A stretch of DNA of 64,000 nt, taken from the NCBI GenBank assembly GCA_963771355.1, contig CAVYTA010000005.1:736001-800000 (forward strand), in the 5' to 3' direction. Origin of the DNA: an uncultured Candidatus Rokubacteria bacterium (GTDB lineage: Bacteria > Methylomirabilota > Methylomirabilia > Rokubacteriales > CSP1-6). Below, piece after piece: positions 28,381 through 37,846 of this stretch (the first letter of the stretch is position 1; every line of letters starts with the position of its first letter). A program made the translations under genes and the position numbers. A model generated the notes under the pieces. The model saw nothing but the letters and a program-made list of their open reading frames with translations, was not told the DNA's origin and did not search any database.

Positions 28381-28410
28381 TTGACAGAGGATGGGCCGAA
28401 TCGCTAAGGT
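28381..28410 (+). promoter_or_regulatory. Internal sigma70-type promoter for the SBP gene
   Basis: TTGACA-N18-TAAGGT. Confidence 0.5.
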
Positions 28411-28495
28411 ATGGCAAGCGATTGGAACTTCAGGCTCACCCCGCGCATTCAGTCGAAAAGTGATCCATTCTCGCGATCTCAAGGGGGAGGTACGT

Positions 28496-30097
28496 ATGAG
28501 AGCGTTCCGGAACCGCTCCATGCTGCTGCTGGCTCTCGCGGCGATCAGCGTGGGTGTTGCCCTACCGGCAAGCGCCCAGGACAAGCCGCGATCCGGCGGA
28601 GAGCTCGTCTTCGCAGTGCCCTCGGAGCCACCCAGCTACGACGGCCATCAGGAAGAGACCTTCGGGTTGACTCACCCCATCGCGCCGCACTACAGCACCC
28701 TCCTCCGCGTGGACCCCTTCGACAAGACGGGGACCAAGCCGGTGGGTGATCTCGCCGAGTCCTGGGTGATCGCGAAGGATGGCCTGACCTACACCTTCAA
28801 GCTCCGCCGCGGCGTGAAGTTCCACGACGGCGGCGAGATGACGTCCAAGGACGTCAAGGCCTCCTACGACAAGATCATCTTCCCGCCGCAGGGCATGAAG
28901 TCCTCGCGCCAGGCCATGTACCAGGCCGTCGAGGCGGTCGAGGCCCCGGACGCGCACACCATCCGATTCCGGATGAAGTGGCCGGAGTCCTCGTTCATGC
29001 TCAACCTCGCATCACCGTGGAACTTCATCTATCGGGCGGAGGTCCTCACCAAGGACATCCACTGGTACGAGAAGAACATCAACGGCACGGGTCCCTTCAA
29101 GTTCGTCGAGCACGTGAAGGGCTCGCACTGGGTGGGCAAGAAGAATCCGGACTACTGGGACAAGGGGAAGCCCTATCTGGACGGCTACCGGGCCCTCTTC
29201 ATCTCCTCGTCGTCCGCGCAGGTGGCGGCGGTGCGGGGTGAGCGGGCGCATATCCAGTTCCGCGGGTTCACGCCGGCCGACCGGGACAGCCTCGTCCAGG
29301 CGCTGGGTCCCAAGATCACCGTGCAGGAGAGTCCCTGGGACTGCGTGCTGATGGTCGCGATGCATCACGAGAAGAAGCCCTTCGACGACAAGCGGGTCCG
29401 CCGCGCGCTCTCACTCGCTCTGGACCGCTACGAGGCCTCCAAGAACCTCTCCAAGATCGCCATCGTGAAGGACGTGGGCGGCATCCAGGTGCCCGGCACC
29501 CCGTGGGCCACGCCGCCCGACGAGCTCGAGAAGCTGGCCGGATACGGACGGGACATCGCCAAGTCCCGCGCGGAGGCCAAGCGGCTCCTCAAGGAAGCGG
29601 GCGTTCCCGAGGGCTACTCCTTCACGTTCAAGAATCGGGGGATCCCGCAGCCCTACGAGCCCGTCGCCATCTGGATGATCGACCAGTGGCGGCAGATCGG
29701 GCTCAACGTGAAGCAGGAGGTCATCGAGGCCTCGGCCTATCACCCCATGCTCAAGCGGGGCGACTTCGAGGTCGCGATGGATTTCGCCTGCGGGTTCATC
29801 GTCGAGCCGGATCTGGACCTGCACCGTTTCGTGACCACGTCCGACGCCAACTACGGCAAGCACAAGGATAAGCTCATCGACGAGCTCTTCCAGAAGCAGG
29901 CGCGCGCCCTCGATCCCGCGGAGCGGCGAAGCCTCCTCCGGGCGCTGGAGAAGCGGCTGATCGACGAAGAGGTCCACGTGTTCTACACGCTCCAGTGGCA
30001 CCGCATCATCCCGCACAGCGCCAAGGTGAAGGGCTGGACGGTCACGCCCAGCCACTACCTGAACAACCAGCTCGACACCGTCTGGCTCTCCGAGTAA
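28496..30097 (+). CDS. ABC substrate-binding protein, family 5 (peptide/nickel)
   Basis: SD GGAGG, signal peptide, LAESW...YTFKLRRGVKFHDG, GTGPF. Confidence 0.92.
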   Translation: MRAFRNRSMLLLALAAISVGVALPASAQDKPRSGGELVFAVPSEPPSYDGHQEETFGLTHPIAPHYSTLLRVDPFDKTGTKPVGDLAESWVIAKDGLTYTFKLRRGVKFHDGGEMTSKDVKASYDKIIFPPQGMKSSRQAMYQAVEAVEAPDAHTIRFRMKWPESSFMLNLASPWNFIYRAEVLTKDIHWYEKNINGTGPFKFVEHVKGSHWVGKKNPDYWDKGKPYLDGYRALFISSSSAQVAAVRGERAHIQFRGFTPADRDSLVQALGPKITVQESPWDCVLMVAMHHEKKPFDDKRVRRALSLALDRYEASKNLSKIAIVKDVGGIQVPGTPWATPPDELEKLAGYGRDIAKSRAEAKRLLKEAGVPEGYSFTFKNRGIPQPYEPVAIWMIDQWRQIGLNVKQEVIEASAYHPMLKRGDFEVAMDFACGFIVEPDLDLHRFVTTSDANYGKHKDKLIDELFQKQARALDPAERRSLLRALEKRLIDEEVHVFYTLQWHRIIPHSAKVKGWTVTPSHYLNNQLDTVWLSE

Positions 30098-30108
30098 CCG
30101 GCCCCGAG

Positions 30109-30140
30109 GCGCCCCGGCCGGGTCCTCCCGGCCCGGGCGC
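30109..30140 (+). terminator. GC-rich stem-loop after the SBP gene (mRNA stabiliser or attenuator)
   Basis: 14-bp stem with one mismatch and a TCCT loop. No U-tract. Confidence 0.4.
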
Positions 30141-30158
30141 GGAGCGTTCCGGCGTGGC

Positions 30159-31112
30159 ATGACGAAGTACCTGGTGAAGCGCTTTCTGCTGATGTTTCCC
30201 ACCCTGCTCGGGGTGGCGATCTTGATCTTTTTCCTCATCCGCATCGTGCCCGGTGACGTGGTCGAGCTGCGCCTTGCCGGCGACAGCGGCGCGGTCAACG
30301 CGAAGGTGCTCGCCGACGAGCGGGCGAAGCACGGGCTCGACCGTCCGGTGTGGCAGCAGTTCCTGAACTGGCTCTGGGGCGCGGTGCGGCTGGACTTCGG
30401 CACGTCGATGTGGACGGGCGCGCCGATCTACGAGGAGATCAAGCTCCGGTTCGCCCTGTCCCTCCAGGTCGCGATCATGGCGACCGTGGTGGCGGTGCTT
30501 CTCGCCATTCCTCTGGGAGTGATCTCCGCGATCAAGCAGGACACGTGGATCGACTATGCAGTGCGTATCTTCTCGATCGCGGGCCTCGCGACCCCGTCCT
30601 TCTGGCTCGGCATCGTCTTCATCCTCAGCATGCTCATCATCTTCAAGTGGCTGCCCCCCATGGTCTACACCCCCTTCTGGGTGAACCCCTGGCAGAACCT
30701 CCTCCAGCTCATCTGGCCCGCCCTCGCGGTCGGCTACCGCTATTCGGCGGTAGCGACCCGGATGACCCGCTCGGCGATGCTCGAGGTGCTGCGCGAGGAC
30801 TACATCCGCACCGCGCGCGCCAAGGGGCTGGTGGAGAAGCTGATCCTCTCGCGCCACGCGCTGAAGAACGCCATGCTGCCGGTGGTGACGGTGGTGTGCC
30901 TCGAGTTCGCGTTCTTGCTGGGCGGGCTCGTCGTCACCGAACAGGTCTTCAACCTCAACGGGCTCGGCCTGCTCTTCGTGCAGGCGGTGGCCCATCGCGA
31001 CTACACTCTCGTCCAGGCCCTCGTGATGATCGTGGCCGGCTTCTTCATCGTGGTCAACTTCGCGATGGATATCCTCTACGCGTGGCTCGACCCGCGCATC
31101 CGGTTCCGATAG
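30159..31112 (+). CDS. oppB: Peptide ABC permease
   Basis: EDYIRTARAKGL, HALKNA and YAWLDPRIR motifs. Confidence 0.92.
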   Translation: MTKYLVKRFLLMFPTLLGVAILIFFLIRIVPGDVVELRLAGDSGAVNAKVLADERAKHGLDRPVWQQFLNWLWGAVRLDFGTSMWTGAPIYEEIKLRFALSLQVAIMATVVAVLLAIPLGVISAIKQDTWIDYAVRIFSIAGLATPSFWLGIVFILSMLIIFKWLPPMVYTPFWVNPWQNLLQLIWPALAVGYRYSAVATRMTRSAMLEVLREDYIRTARAKGLVEKLILSRHALKNAMLPVVTVVCLEFAFLLGGLVVTEQVFNLNGLGLLFVQAVAHRDYTLVQALVMIVAGFFIVVNFAMDILYAWLDPRIRFR

Positions 31113-31139
31113 ACGGGCAGAGGTCGCCGGAGATCAACC

Positions 31140-32047
31140 ATGGCGATCAACATGGCGATCCCACCGACGTCGTCCCACTCGCGGTCGAGGAGGCGCCGTC
31201 GCGCTCCTGGCTGTCGGGAATGCGCGAGTTCGTCCGACGGCGTCCGCTCGGAGCCATCGGCGCGGCGGTGGTGGTCCTCATGATCGTGGTGGCCGCCTTC
31301 GCGGGAGTGCTCGCGCCCTACGACCCCGTCGCGGTGGATTTCGGCGCCATGCTCGCCCGGCCCTCGGCCCTGCACTGGCTGGGTACCGACGCCTTCGGCC
31401 GGGACGTGCTCTCGCGGCTGATCTTTGGCTCGCGCACCGCACTCTTCGTGGGCTTCGGGGCCGCTTTCGTCGGCGCGACGGCGGGGGCCATCCTCGGCGT
31501 CGGCAGCGCCTACTTCGGCGGACGGCTGGATCTCTACCTCCAGCGGCTCATGGATATCTTCCTCTCGTTCCCGCTCATCATCCTCGCCCTGGCCATCGTC
31601 GCCATCCTCGGCAATGCGCTTCACAACGTCATCATGGCAATCACGATCCCCATGATCCCACGCTGCGCGTTGGTCATTCGGTCCTCCGCGCTCTCCATCC
31701 GCGAGATGCCCTACGTGGACGCGGCGCGGGCGGCAGGGTTCGGGCATGGCCGCATCATCCTGCGCCACATGCTGCCAAATGTGATGGCCCCCTACCTCAT
31801 CCTGCTCACCGCCTTCCTCGGCCAGGCCATCCTGCTCGAGTCCTCCCTGTCCTTCCTCGGTCTGGGCGTCCAGGAGCCCACCGCGGCATGGGGCCTCATG
31901 CTGAGGGGTGCCGCCGTCGAGTTCGCCGAGACCGCGCCGTGGATGGCGATCTTCCCGGGCCTTGCCATCAGCCTCGCCGTCTTCGCGTTCAACCTCTTCG
32001 GCGACTCCCTCCGCGACGCCCTCGATCCCAAGCTCCGCACCCTGTAG
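31140..32047 (+). CDS. oppC: Peptide ABC permease (start uncertain: ATG 31220 in frame, or ATG 31140 with a 1-nt indel)
   Basis: HWLGTDAFGRDVLSR, YVDAARAAG and GDSLRDALDP motifs. Confidence 0.88.
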
Positions 32048-32061
32048 GGGCCTGGAATCGC

Positions 32062-32090
32062 TTGACACTCCTGGGGTGGATTGGTACAAC
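32062..32090 (+). promoter_or_regulatory. Sigma70-type promoter of ferredoxin
   Basis: TTGACA-N17-TACAAC. Confidence 0.6.
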
Positions 32091-32167
32091 TACGTCGGTT
32101 TGTTCGGGCACCGGGCCGGCGAACCCACTGCGATTCCCGGCGGAACCGGTCATTCAGGGAGGCATCA

Positions 32168-32434
32168 ATGACGTATATCATCGCGGAGCCCTGTATCAAC
32201 GTGAAGGACAAGGCCTGCGTCGAGGTCTGTCCCGTGGACTGCATCTATGAGGGCAAGGACATGCTCTACATCCATCCGGATGAGTGCATCGACTGCGGCG
32301 CTTGCGAGCCCGTGTGCCCGGTGAAGGCGATCTTCGCCGAGGACGAGACACCCGCGAACTGGAAGAACTACATCGAGACGAACAAGCAGTTCTTCAAGGA
32401 CAACCCGGGCGTCAAGCCCGCCACCAAGGCCTGA
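32168..32434 (+). CDS. fdxA: Ferredoxin, 7Fe FdxA-type
   Basis: CINVKDKACVEVCPVDC and CIDCGACEPVCP. SD GGAGG. Confidence 0.9.
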   Translation: MTYIIAEPCINVKDKACVEVCPVDCIYEGKDMLYIHPDECIDCGACEPVCPVKAIFAEDETPANWKNYIETNKQFFKDNPGVKPATKA

Positions 32435-32460
32435 GCGCGGCTCCGGCCGCGCGCGGCACC

Positions 32461-32488
32461 GCGGGGACCTGGAAGCACAGGTCCCCGC
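32461..32488. repeat. Perfect 11-bp inverted repeat (terminator or upstream activator site)
   Basis: GCGGGGACCTG-GAAGCA-CAGGTCCCCGC. Confidence 0.6.
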
Positions 32489-32621
32489 AAGTATGTCCGG
32501 GGCCCGCGCCGCGCCGGTTGCCCTGTGGCGCGGGCATCGCCATCACCGCATTGCACAGACCGCGGTGCATCACTCCGACGTCGGCGACGCCATCCTCGCG
32601 AATTCGTGAAGGCCGGAGCGG

Positions 32622-32636
32622 TGGCACGCGCCTTGC
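32622..32636 (+). promoter_or_regulatory. Sigma54 (-24/-12) promoter
   Basis: TGGCAC-GCGCC-TTGC, an exact TGGCAC-N5-TTGC match 15 nt upstream of the ATG. Confidence 0.7.
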
Positions 32637-32651
32637 CATTCTCCCCGCCGT

Positions 32652-32927
32652 ATGCGTTCTCAATTGGTCGTCCAAGCGCCACTCCCGCCGCCGCCCGCGC
32701 CCAAGCAGGGACCCGGCTTTCACGGGGCGGTGACCGAATTCAAGCGGCGGCTCATCGAGGCCACGCTGGTCCAGCTCGGGGGCAACCGCACGCGCACCGC
32801 GCGCGCCCTCGGGCTCCAGCGCACCTATCTCCTGCGCCTCATGCGGGAGTTCGGCGTCAACGTCCCCCGCCGCGACGGGCCCCCGCGCGCGCCCAAGGAG
32901 GCGGACGGAGCCGCGAGGCGGCACTAA
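32652..32927 (+). CDS. Stand-alone Fis-type HTH protein
   Basis: FKRRLIEATLVQLGGNRTRTARALGLQRTYLLRLM (HTH_8-like). Confidence 0.8.
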   Translation: MRSQLVVQAPLPPPPAPKQGPGFHGAVTEFKRRLIEATLVQLGGNRTRTARALGLQRTYLLRLMREFGVNVPRRDGPPRAPKEADGAARRH

Positions 32928-33046
32928 CTTTTCGATCCCCTCGCGGTTCGGTGTGCTATCTGACGGTCATGCCACCGCCATCGAGCAGTCTTCCGGGGAT
33001 GGGGACGACCCTGGCCTGGCCGGCGTGCTCGGGCAGGGGCGCGAGG

Positions 33047-34708
33047 TCAGCGATACGCAGGGTCGCCGGCGAGGAGGCTGATCCCGCTCAGCCCGGCCGG
33101 CGGCTGACGTCCCAGCAGCTCCGCCATGGCGGGCACGACGTCGAAGGCCGAGCGCACCCCTCGATCGCCAGGCGCGAGCCCGGGTGCTACGACGTAGGCC
33201 ATGCCGTGGCGGCCGGTGTGGCCGCCGGTGCGCCGCAACGCTGCCGGTCCGATCAGGCCCAGGCGCGGATGCTCGAGGGCGGTGGCGACGCCCCGCCAGA
33301 CGACGAGCAGGTCGGATTCGGAGCCGGACAGAGCCAGGGGGTCTCGGGTCGAGGCGCGCTCGATGTCCTCCACCGCCGGCTCGCCGGTGCGAGGATCGCG
33401 GCACTCGCGGAGCAACGTCTCCAGCGCTCGACAGGTTTCCTCGTATCGGGAGGGCTCCACCACGCCGTCCCGCTCTCGGCCGCGCAGGTTGACGCGAATG
33501 CGCCCATCGTAGAAGGAAGGGAGCGCGAAGGCGGGCATCCGGGGCCAGTGCAGCGCGTAGCGGGCGGCCGGCTGCCAGGCGAGATCCAGTCGCGCGCTGG
33601 TGGCGGCTCCTGATTGCCAGCTCGCCGCGCCCGCCCGCGCGCCCTTGAGCGCGGCCTTCACGGGTGCGGGCAGCCATCTCTTCGCCAGCGAGCGGAACCC
33701 ACTGGAGGGCGGCGGCGCCGGCGGCGCCGCCGGCCGGGGAACCCACCCCTTGCTCGACGTCCCCCAGCTGTCTTCCTCGTCCAGGATGGGCACGGCTCGA
33801 GGCGCGGCTGTCCAGGCCCCGGGCACGGTGAGCAAGCCATGGCCGAAGGCGTGACGATAGAGCAGCTCCGGCAGGAGGACCATGGACTGGACGTCGGAGT
33901 GGTTGGGGCCCATTCCCCCCATGGCGAAGGCGACGATTGCCGCGTCTCCGGCCGCTCGGATCAGCTCGCCCACCATTCGATCAAGGGCTCGGTGCACGTC
34001 GAGGACGGCCTTGGTCGCCGCCGTCGCCGAGGGGTGGAGGTGAAGAGGATGGGTGGGATCCACGCCGTGCCACAGCCCTTCCACGGTGCCGTGCACCTCG
34101 CCGGCCACCGCGATGAAGAGGTCCCAGTCGGGGAGCCGCTCCGCCATCAGCCATCGCGCCGCGCGGGTGCGCACGTCGAGGGCGTGGGTGAGCGCCTCCC
34201 CCATCGCCTGGCTGCGCGTCGCCGAAGGCCAGGGGAGTCCGTAGGTCCACGGCGAGGCAGGGTAGCGCCCGAATCGTTCCTCGAACTCGCCCAGCAACCC
34301 GCCGGGACGGCCCGCCGCGACCGTTCCCGGATCGTGAGCGCCCCACGCCACGATCCCGCGGGTCTTCTGCGCGCGGCGGAGGTCCACGTAGGGCGTGTCG
34401 AAGACAACGACGCGCCGGTCGAGACGGCTCCACCATGGGTCGAAGCGGGCGCCCTCCTGCCATACGCGATAGCTGGTCGGATCGAATTCCACCGCGGCCC
34501 AGCGACGGGCCGCGTCGGGCGAGAGCCCGGACGCGACATGCTCCCACGCCAGCCCCGTGCGCTGCGCGGAGCCATGATCGAGCAGGAAGCGCGCCGCGCG
34601 CCGGCGCAACTCGGCGAGGGCGGGCATCTCCCCCGCGGCCATGAGCCGCTCGGCGAAGGTCACCTCCAGGCCATCGAGGCCGATGGCAAGCACGCGCCGA
34701 TCTGGCAT
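33047..34708 (-). CDS. Alkaline phosphatase superfamily / type I phosphodiesterase-like protein
   Basis: VLAIGLDG, RVNLRGRERDG and TGGH...DVVP motifs. Confidence 0.78.
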   Translation of the reverse strand: MPDRRVLAIGLDGLEVTFAERLMAAGEMPALAELRRRAARFLLDHGSAQRTGLAWEHVASGLSPDAARRWAAVEFDPTSYRVWQEGARFDPWWSRLDRRVVVFDTPYVDLRRAQKTRGIVAWGAHDPGTVAAGRPGGLLGEFEERFGRYPASPWTYGLPWPSATRSQAMGEALTHALDVRTRAARWLMAERLPDWDLFIAVAGEVHGTVEGLWHGVDPTHPLHLHPSATAATKAVLDVHRALDRMVGELIRAAGDAAIVAFAMGGMGPNHSDVQSMVLLPELLYRHAFGHGLLTVPGAWTAAPRAVPILDEEDSWGTSSKGWVPRPAAPPAPPPSSGFRSLAKRWLPAPVKAALKGARAGAASWQSGAATSARLDLAWQPAARYALHWPRMPAFALPSFYDGRIRVNLRGRERDGVVEPSRYEETCRALETLLRECRDPRTGEPAVEDIERASTRDPLALSGSESDLLVVWRGVATALEHPRLGLIGPAALRRTGGHTGRHGMAYVVAPGLAPGDRGVRSAFDVVPAMAELLGRQPPAGLSGISLLAGDPAYR

Positions 34709-34781
34709 CGTCCGAGTCTCCTCGACATGCAGTCTAACGCAACCTGGACGTCGCCGCGGGACGGGGCTCCGGCTCGGCCCC

Positions 34782-34872
34782 GCTGACCCCCCATGCTGAC
34801 CCCCCATGCTGACCCCCCATGCTGACCCCCCATGCTGACCCCCCATGCTGACCCCCCCATGCTGACCCCCAT
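34782..34872. repeat. Tandem repeat, 7 x GCTGACCCCCCAT (13 bp; last two copies have C7 and C5)
   Basis: Counted directly. The last copy supplies the first two bases of the GT2 ATG. Confidence 0.97.
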
Positions 34873-35812
34873 GGATGTCTCCGTTGTCGTCTGCACCTAC
34901 AACCGCGCCCCGTCACTCGGCCTCACCCTCCGATCCCTCGATGTCCAGGTCACGCCCGACCTCACGTGGGAGGTCGTGGTCGTCGACAACAACTCGGCCG
35001 ATGCCACCCGCACCGTGGTGGACGCGTTCGCCGCTACGGCACGGATCCGGGTGCGGTATCTCTTCGAGCCGCGCCAGGGCCTGAGCCATGCGCGCAATAC
35101 CGGGATCGCCCATGCCAGGGGCGCCATCCTCGCCTTCACCGACGACGACGTGCGCCCGGGTCCGGACTGGGTGGGTGGACTGACCCGCGCCCTGCGGGAG
35201 ACGGGCGCGGACATCGTCGGTGGGCGCATTCTTCCCGCCTGGGACCACCCGCCTCCGCCCTGGCTGGTGGCCCGCCCATTCCTTCGCGGTCCCCTCGCCA
35301 TCATGGAGCACGCGGTGCCTGGACCCGTGGTGGAGGCCACCGGGATCCCCAACGTCTGGGGAGCCAACATGGCGTTCCGGCGAGAGGTGTTCGACCGCGT
35401 CGGGCTGTTCGACCCGAGGCGGGGTGTGACGGGGCGGAAACTGTACCGGGGCGAGGAGGTGGAGCTGGTGAGGCGAGCGCTGGCCGCCGGCTGCCGGGTG
35501 GTCTACGACCCTCGCGTCGTGGTCTGGCATCGCATCGCGGCCCGCCGGATCCGCCGGCGGTATATCTCCCGGCTCTACTTCGACTGGGCCGAGGGCAATG
35601 TCCTCGCTCAGGCTCCGCCCCCGGGCCGCCTGCTACTCGGCGTGCCGCCCTCTCTGTATCGAAGAGCGGCCCACCGGCTCGGCGGCTGGCTATGGGCCGC
35701 GGCCCGCCAGCGTCCGGACACGCTGGATCGATGGCTCGAGAGCTGCGAGGCCGCCGGGTGCGTCTGGGGACTGTGGAAGCATCGCTTCAAGGGCCCGGCG
35801 AGGCCGAGCTGA
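34871..35812 (+). CDS. GT2 family glycosyltransferase
   Basis: VSVVVCTYNR, VVDNNS, GLSHARN, FTDDD, GANMAFRR. Confidence 0.92.
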   Translation: MDVSVVVCTYNRAPSLGLTLRSLDVQVTPDLTWEVVVVDNNSADATRTVVDAFAATARIRVRYLFEPRQGLSHARNTGIAHARGAILAFTDDDVRPGPDWVGGLTRALRETGADIVGGRILPAWDHPPPPWLVARPFLRGPLAIMEHAVPGPVVEATGIPNVWGANMAFRREVFDRVGLFDPRRGVTGRKLYRGEEVELVRRALAAGCRVVYDPRVVVWHRIAARRIRRRYISRLYFDWAEGNVLAQAPPPGRLLLGVPPSLYRRAAHRLGGWLWAAARQRPDTLDRWLESCEAAGCVWGLWKHRFKGPARPS

Positions 35813-35870
35813 GGTCCGCCTCGCGGGCTCGCCTCCGAGGCGGTGCTATGGCGGTGCTATAAATGAATGC

Positions 35871-36641
35871 GTGGCCCTGAAGAGAGCGCAGAGCGCGAAT
35901 CAGGTCAAGGCATGGCGCCGGGCCCGGCGCGCGCAGCTCGTGGCGCGGCGGTTGGCGGTCGGTGCCGCCACGCGGCGGCGCTGGAGCGCGACCATCGTCG
36001 ACTTCCTGCGCACGGGCTTCCCCTCGCTGGCGGCGAGGACCACCATCGGTGTCTATGCGCCATTCCGTGGGGAACCCGACGTGCGCGCCGCCGTCGATCA
36101 CTGGCGCCGGGCCGGCGCGACCACGGCGCTGCCGGTGGTGGTGTCGCCGGGCGCGCCGCTCGAATTCCGGGCCTTTGGGCCGGGCGTTCGCATGCGCAAA
36201 GGGGTATTCGGGCTGCCCATCCCGCAAGGAAGCCCGGTGGTGACACCGCAGGCGCTGCTCATCCCGTCGGTCGGCTTCGATGCCGCCGGCTACCGACTCG
36301 GTCATGGCGGCGGCTATTTCGACCGCACCCTGGCCGCACTGGCCCCGCCACCGCTCAAGATCGGGATCGCGTTCGAGCTGTCTCGGATCGCCACCATCCG
36401 ACCCCAGGCGCATGACATCGCGATGGATTTCATCGTGACGGAAGCCGGCATCCACGCGGTCACCGCGGCCGGACTCGAGCTCGTCAGCGACAGCCGTCGG
36501 ATCGGTGCGATCACCCGTGCGCTGCGGACCAGGCGCGGCGGCCGGGTCATCGCGCCGGCGCCAGCCGATGTGGTCGCCGACGAGGTCCGTGGGTGCGCGT
36601 CGCCGCCGTGCTATGCGCATGAGTTCGGGCTTGACGACTGA
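35871..36641 (+). CDS. 5-formyltetrahydrofolate cyclo-ligase
   Basis: YAPFRGEPD, GFDAAGYRLGHGGGYFDRTL, HDIAMDFIVTE. Confidence 0.88.
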   Translation: MALKRAQSANQVKAWRRARRAQLVARRLAVGAATRRRWSATIVDFLRTGFPSLAARTTIGVYAPFRGEPDVRAAVDHWRRAGATTALPVVVSPGAPLEFRAFGPGVRMRKGVFGLPIPQGSPVVTPQALLIPSVGFDAAGYRLGHGGGYFDRTLAALAPPPLKIGIAFELSRIATIRPQAHDIAMDFIVTEAGIHAVTAAGLELVSDSRRIGAITRALRTRRGGRVIAPAPADVVADEVRGCASPPCYAHEFGLDD

Positions 36642-36718
36642 CGTCCGCCGCCGGGACGGGCCGCCGCACGCGCCCAAGGACGTTGACACCCACCGCGCAC
36701 CCGCCCGACAATGATTGC

Positions 36719-37846
36719 GTGAGTGACGTCTGGATCGCCGGGGCCGGCATGACGCGCTTCGGGCGGCGCAGCGAGAGTCTTCCGGATCTCATGGCCGAGG
36801 CCGCCCAGCTGGCGCTGGCGGATGCCCGGATCGAGCGGCCGGACGCCATCGTGGTGGGGGCCATGAACCCCGAGGAGTTCACGGGGGACGGAAACCTGGG
36901 GTCCCTGATCAATACCCACCTGGGCCTGAGCCAGTCACCCGCCCTGCGAGTGGAGACCGCGACCTCGTCCGGACTCGCCGCCCTCTACGCAGGATTCGCC
37001 GGGATCGCCGCCGGCTTGCATCGGAGCATCCTGGTGGTGGGCGGCGAGAAGATGACCCATGTGTCCACGCCCCGGGCGTCGGAGATCATCGGGCGCTCCA
37101 TCGACCCCCACGAGCGGCGCTACGGCACCACCATGCCGGCGCTGGCCGGCCTGATCACGCGCGCCGCCATGCACAAGCACGGGCTCACGCTGAAGGAGTT
37201 CTCGCAGGTGGCGGTGAAGAACCACGCCAATGCAAGCCGCAATCCCTACGCGCATTTCCAGGAGCCGGTGTCGCTGGAGGAGGTCATGGAGAGCCGCATG
37301 GTGGCCGATCCCCTGCGTCTCTACCATTGCTGTCCCATCTCGGACGGCGCCGCGGCGGTGGTGCTGAGCGCCGATCCCACGCCGGTGCGGGTGGCGGGGA
37401 TCGGGCAGGGAACGGATACCATCGCCGTCCGCTATCGCTCCGATCTCACTTCCTTTCGCGCCACGCGGGTCGCGGCGCAGGCGGCCTATCGCATGGCGGG
37501 CTTCGGCCCGGAGCGCGTGGACGTCGCCGAGCTGCACGACGCGTTTTCACCGTTCGAGATCATCTCGCTCGAGGACACCGGCCTGATCCCCGTCGGCAAG
37601 GCGGGGCGGGCCACGCTCGAGGGGCAGACGGCGCTCGACGGCCGGCTGCCCGTGAATCCCTCGGGTGGGCTCAAGGCGCGGGGCCATCCGCTGGCCGCCA
37701 CCGGCATCGGGCAGCTGGTCGAGCTGACCTGGCAGCTGCGCGGTGAGGCGGGCTCACGTCAAGTCGACGCAAGGGTCGGGCTCGTCCAGTCCATCGGCGG
37801 GCTCGCCACCAACAACTGGATCGTCCTCCTGCAGGCCGGACGGTGA
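36719..37846 (+). CDS. Thiolase superfamily protein (SCP-x type) lacking the acyl-accepting Cys
   Basis: CCPISDGAAA, ELHDAF and NPSGGLKARGHP motifs. VETATSSG stands in place of VEnACaSG. Confidence 0.85.
   Translation: MSDVWIAGAGMTRFGRRSESLPDLMAEAAQLALADARIERPDAIVVGAMNPEEFTGDGNLGSLINTHLGLSQSPALRVETATSSGLAALYAGFAGIAAGLHRSILVVGGEKMTHVSTPRASEIIGRSIDPHERRYGTTMPALAGLITRAAMHKHGLTLKEFSQVAVKNHANASRNPYAHFQEPVSLEEVMESRMVADPLRLYHCCPISDGAAAVVLSADPTPVRVAGIGQGTDTIAVRYRSDLTSFRATRVAAQAAYRMAGFGPERVDVAELHDAFSPFEIISLEDTGLIPVGKAGRATLEGQTALDGRLPVNPSGGLKARGHPLAATGIGQLVELTWQLRGEAGSRQVDARVGLVQSIGGLATNNWIVLLQAGR

Noticed and set aside
32940..33046. Promoter-like TGCTATCT plus ATG at 32968 as a small gene or remnant
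   Set aside because: The frame runs antisense into the phosphodiesterase-like gene with no recognisable motif, so it cannot be supported.
34782..34872. CRISPR array
   Set aside because: The 13-bp units are directly adjacent with no spacers, and no cas genes are present.
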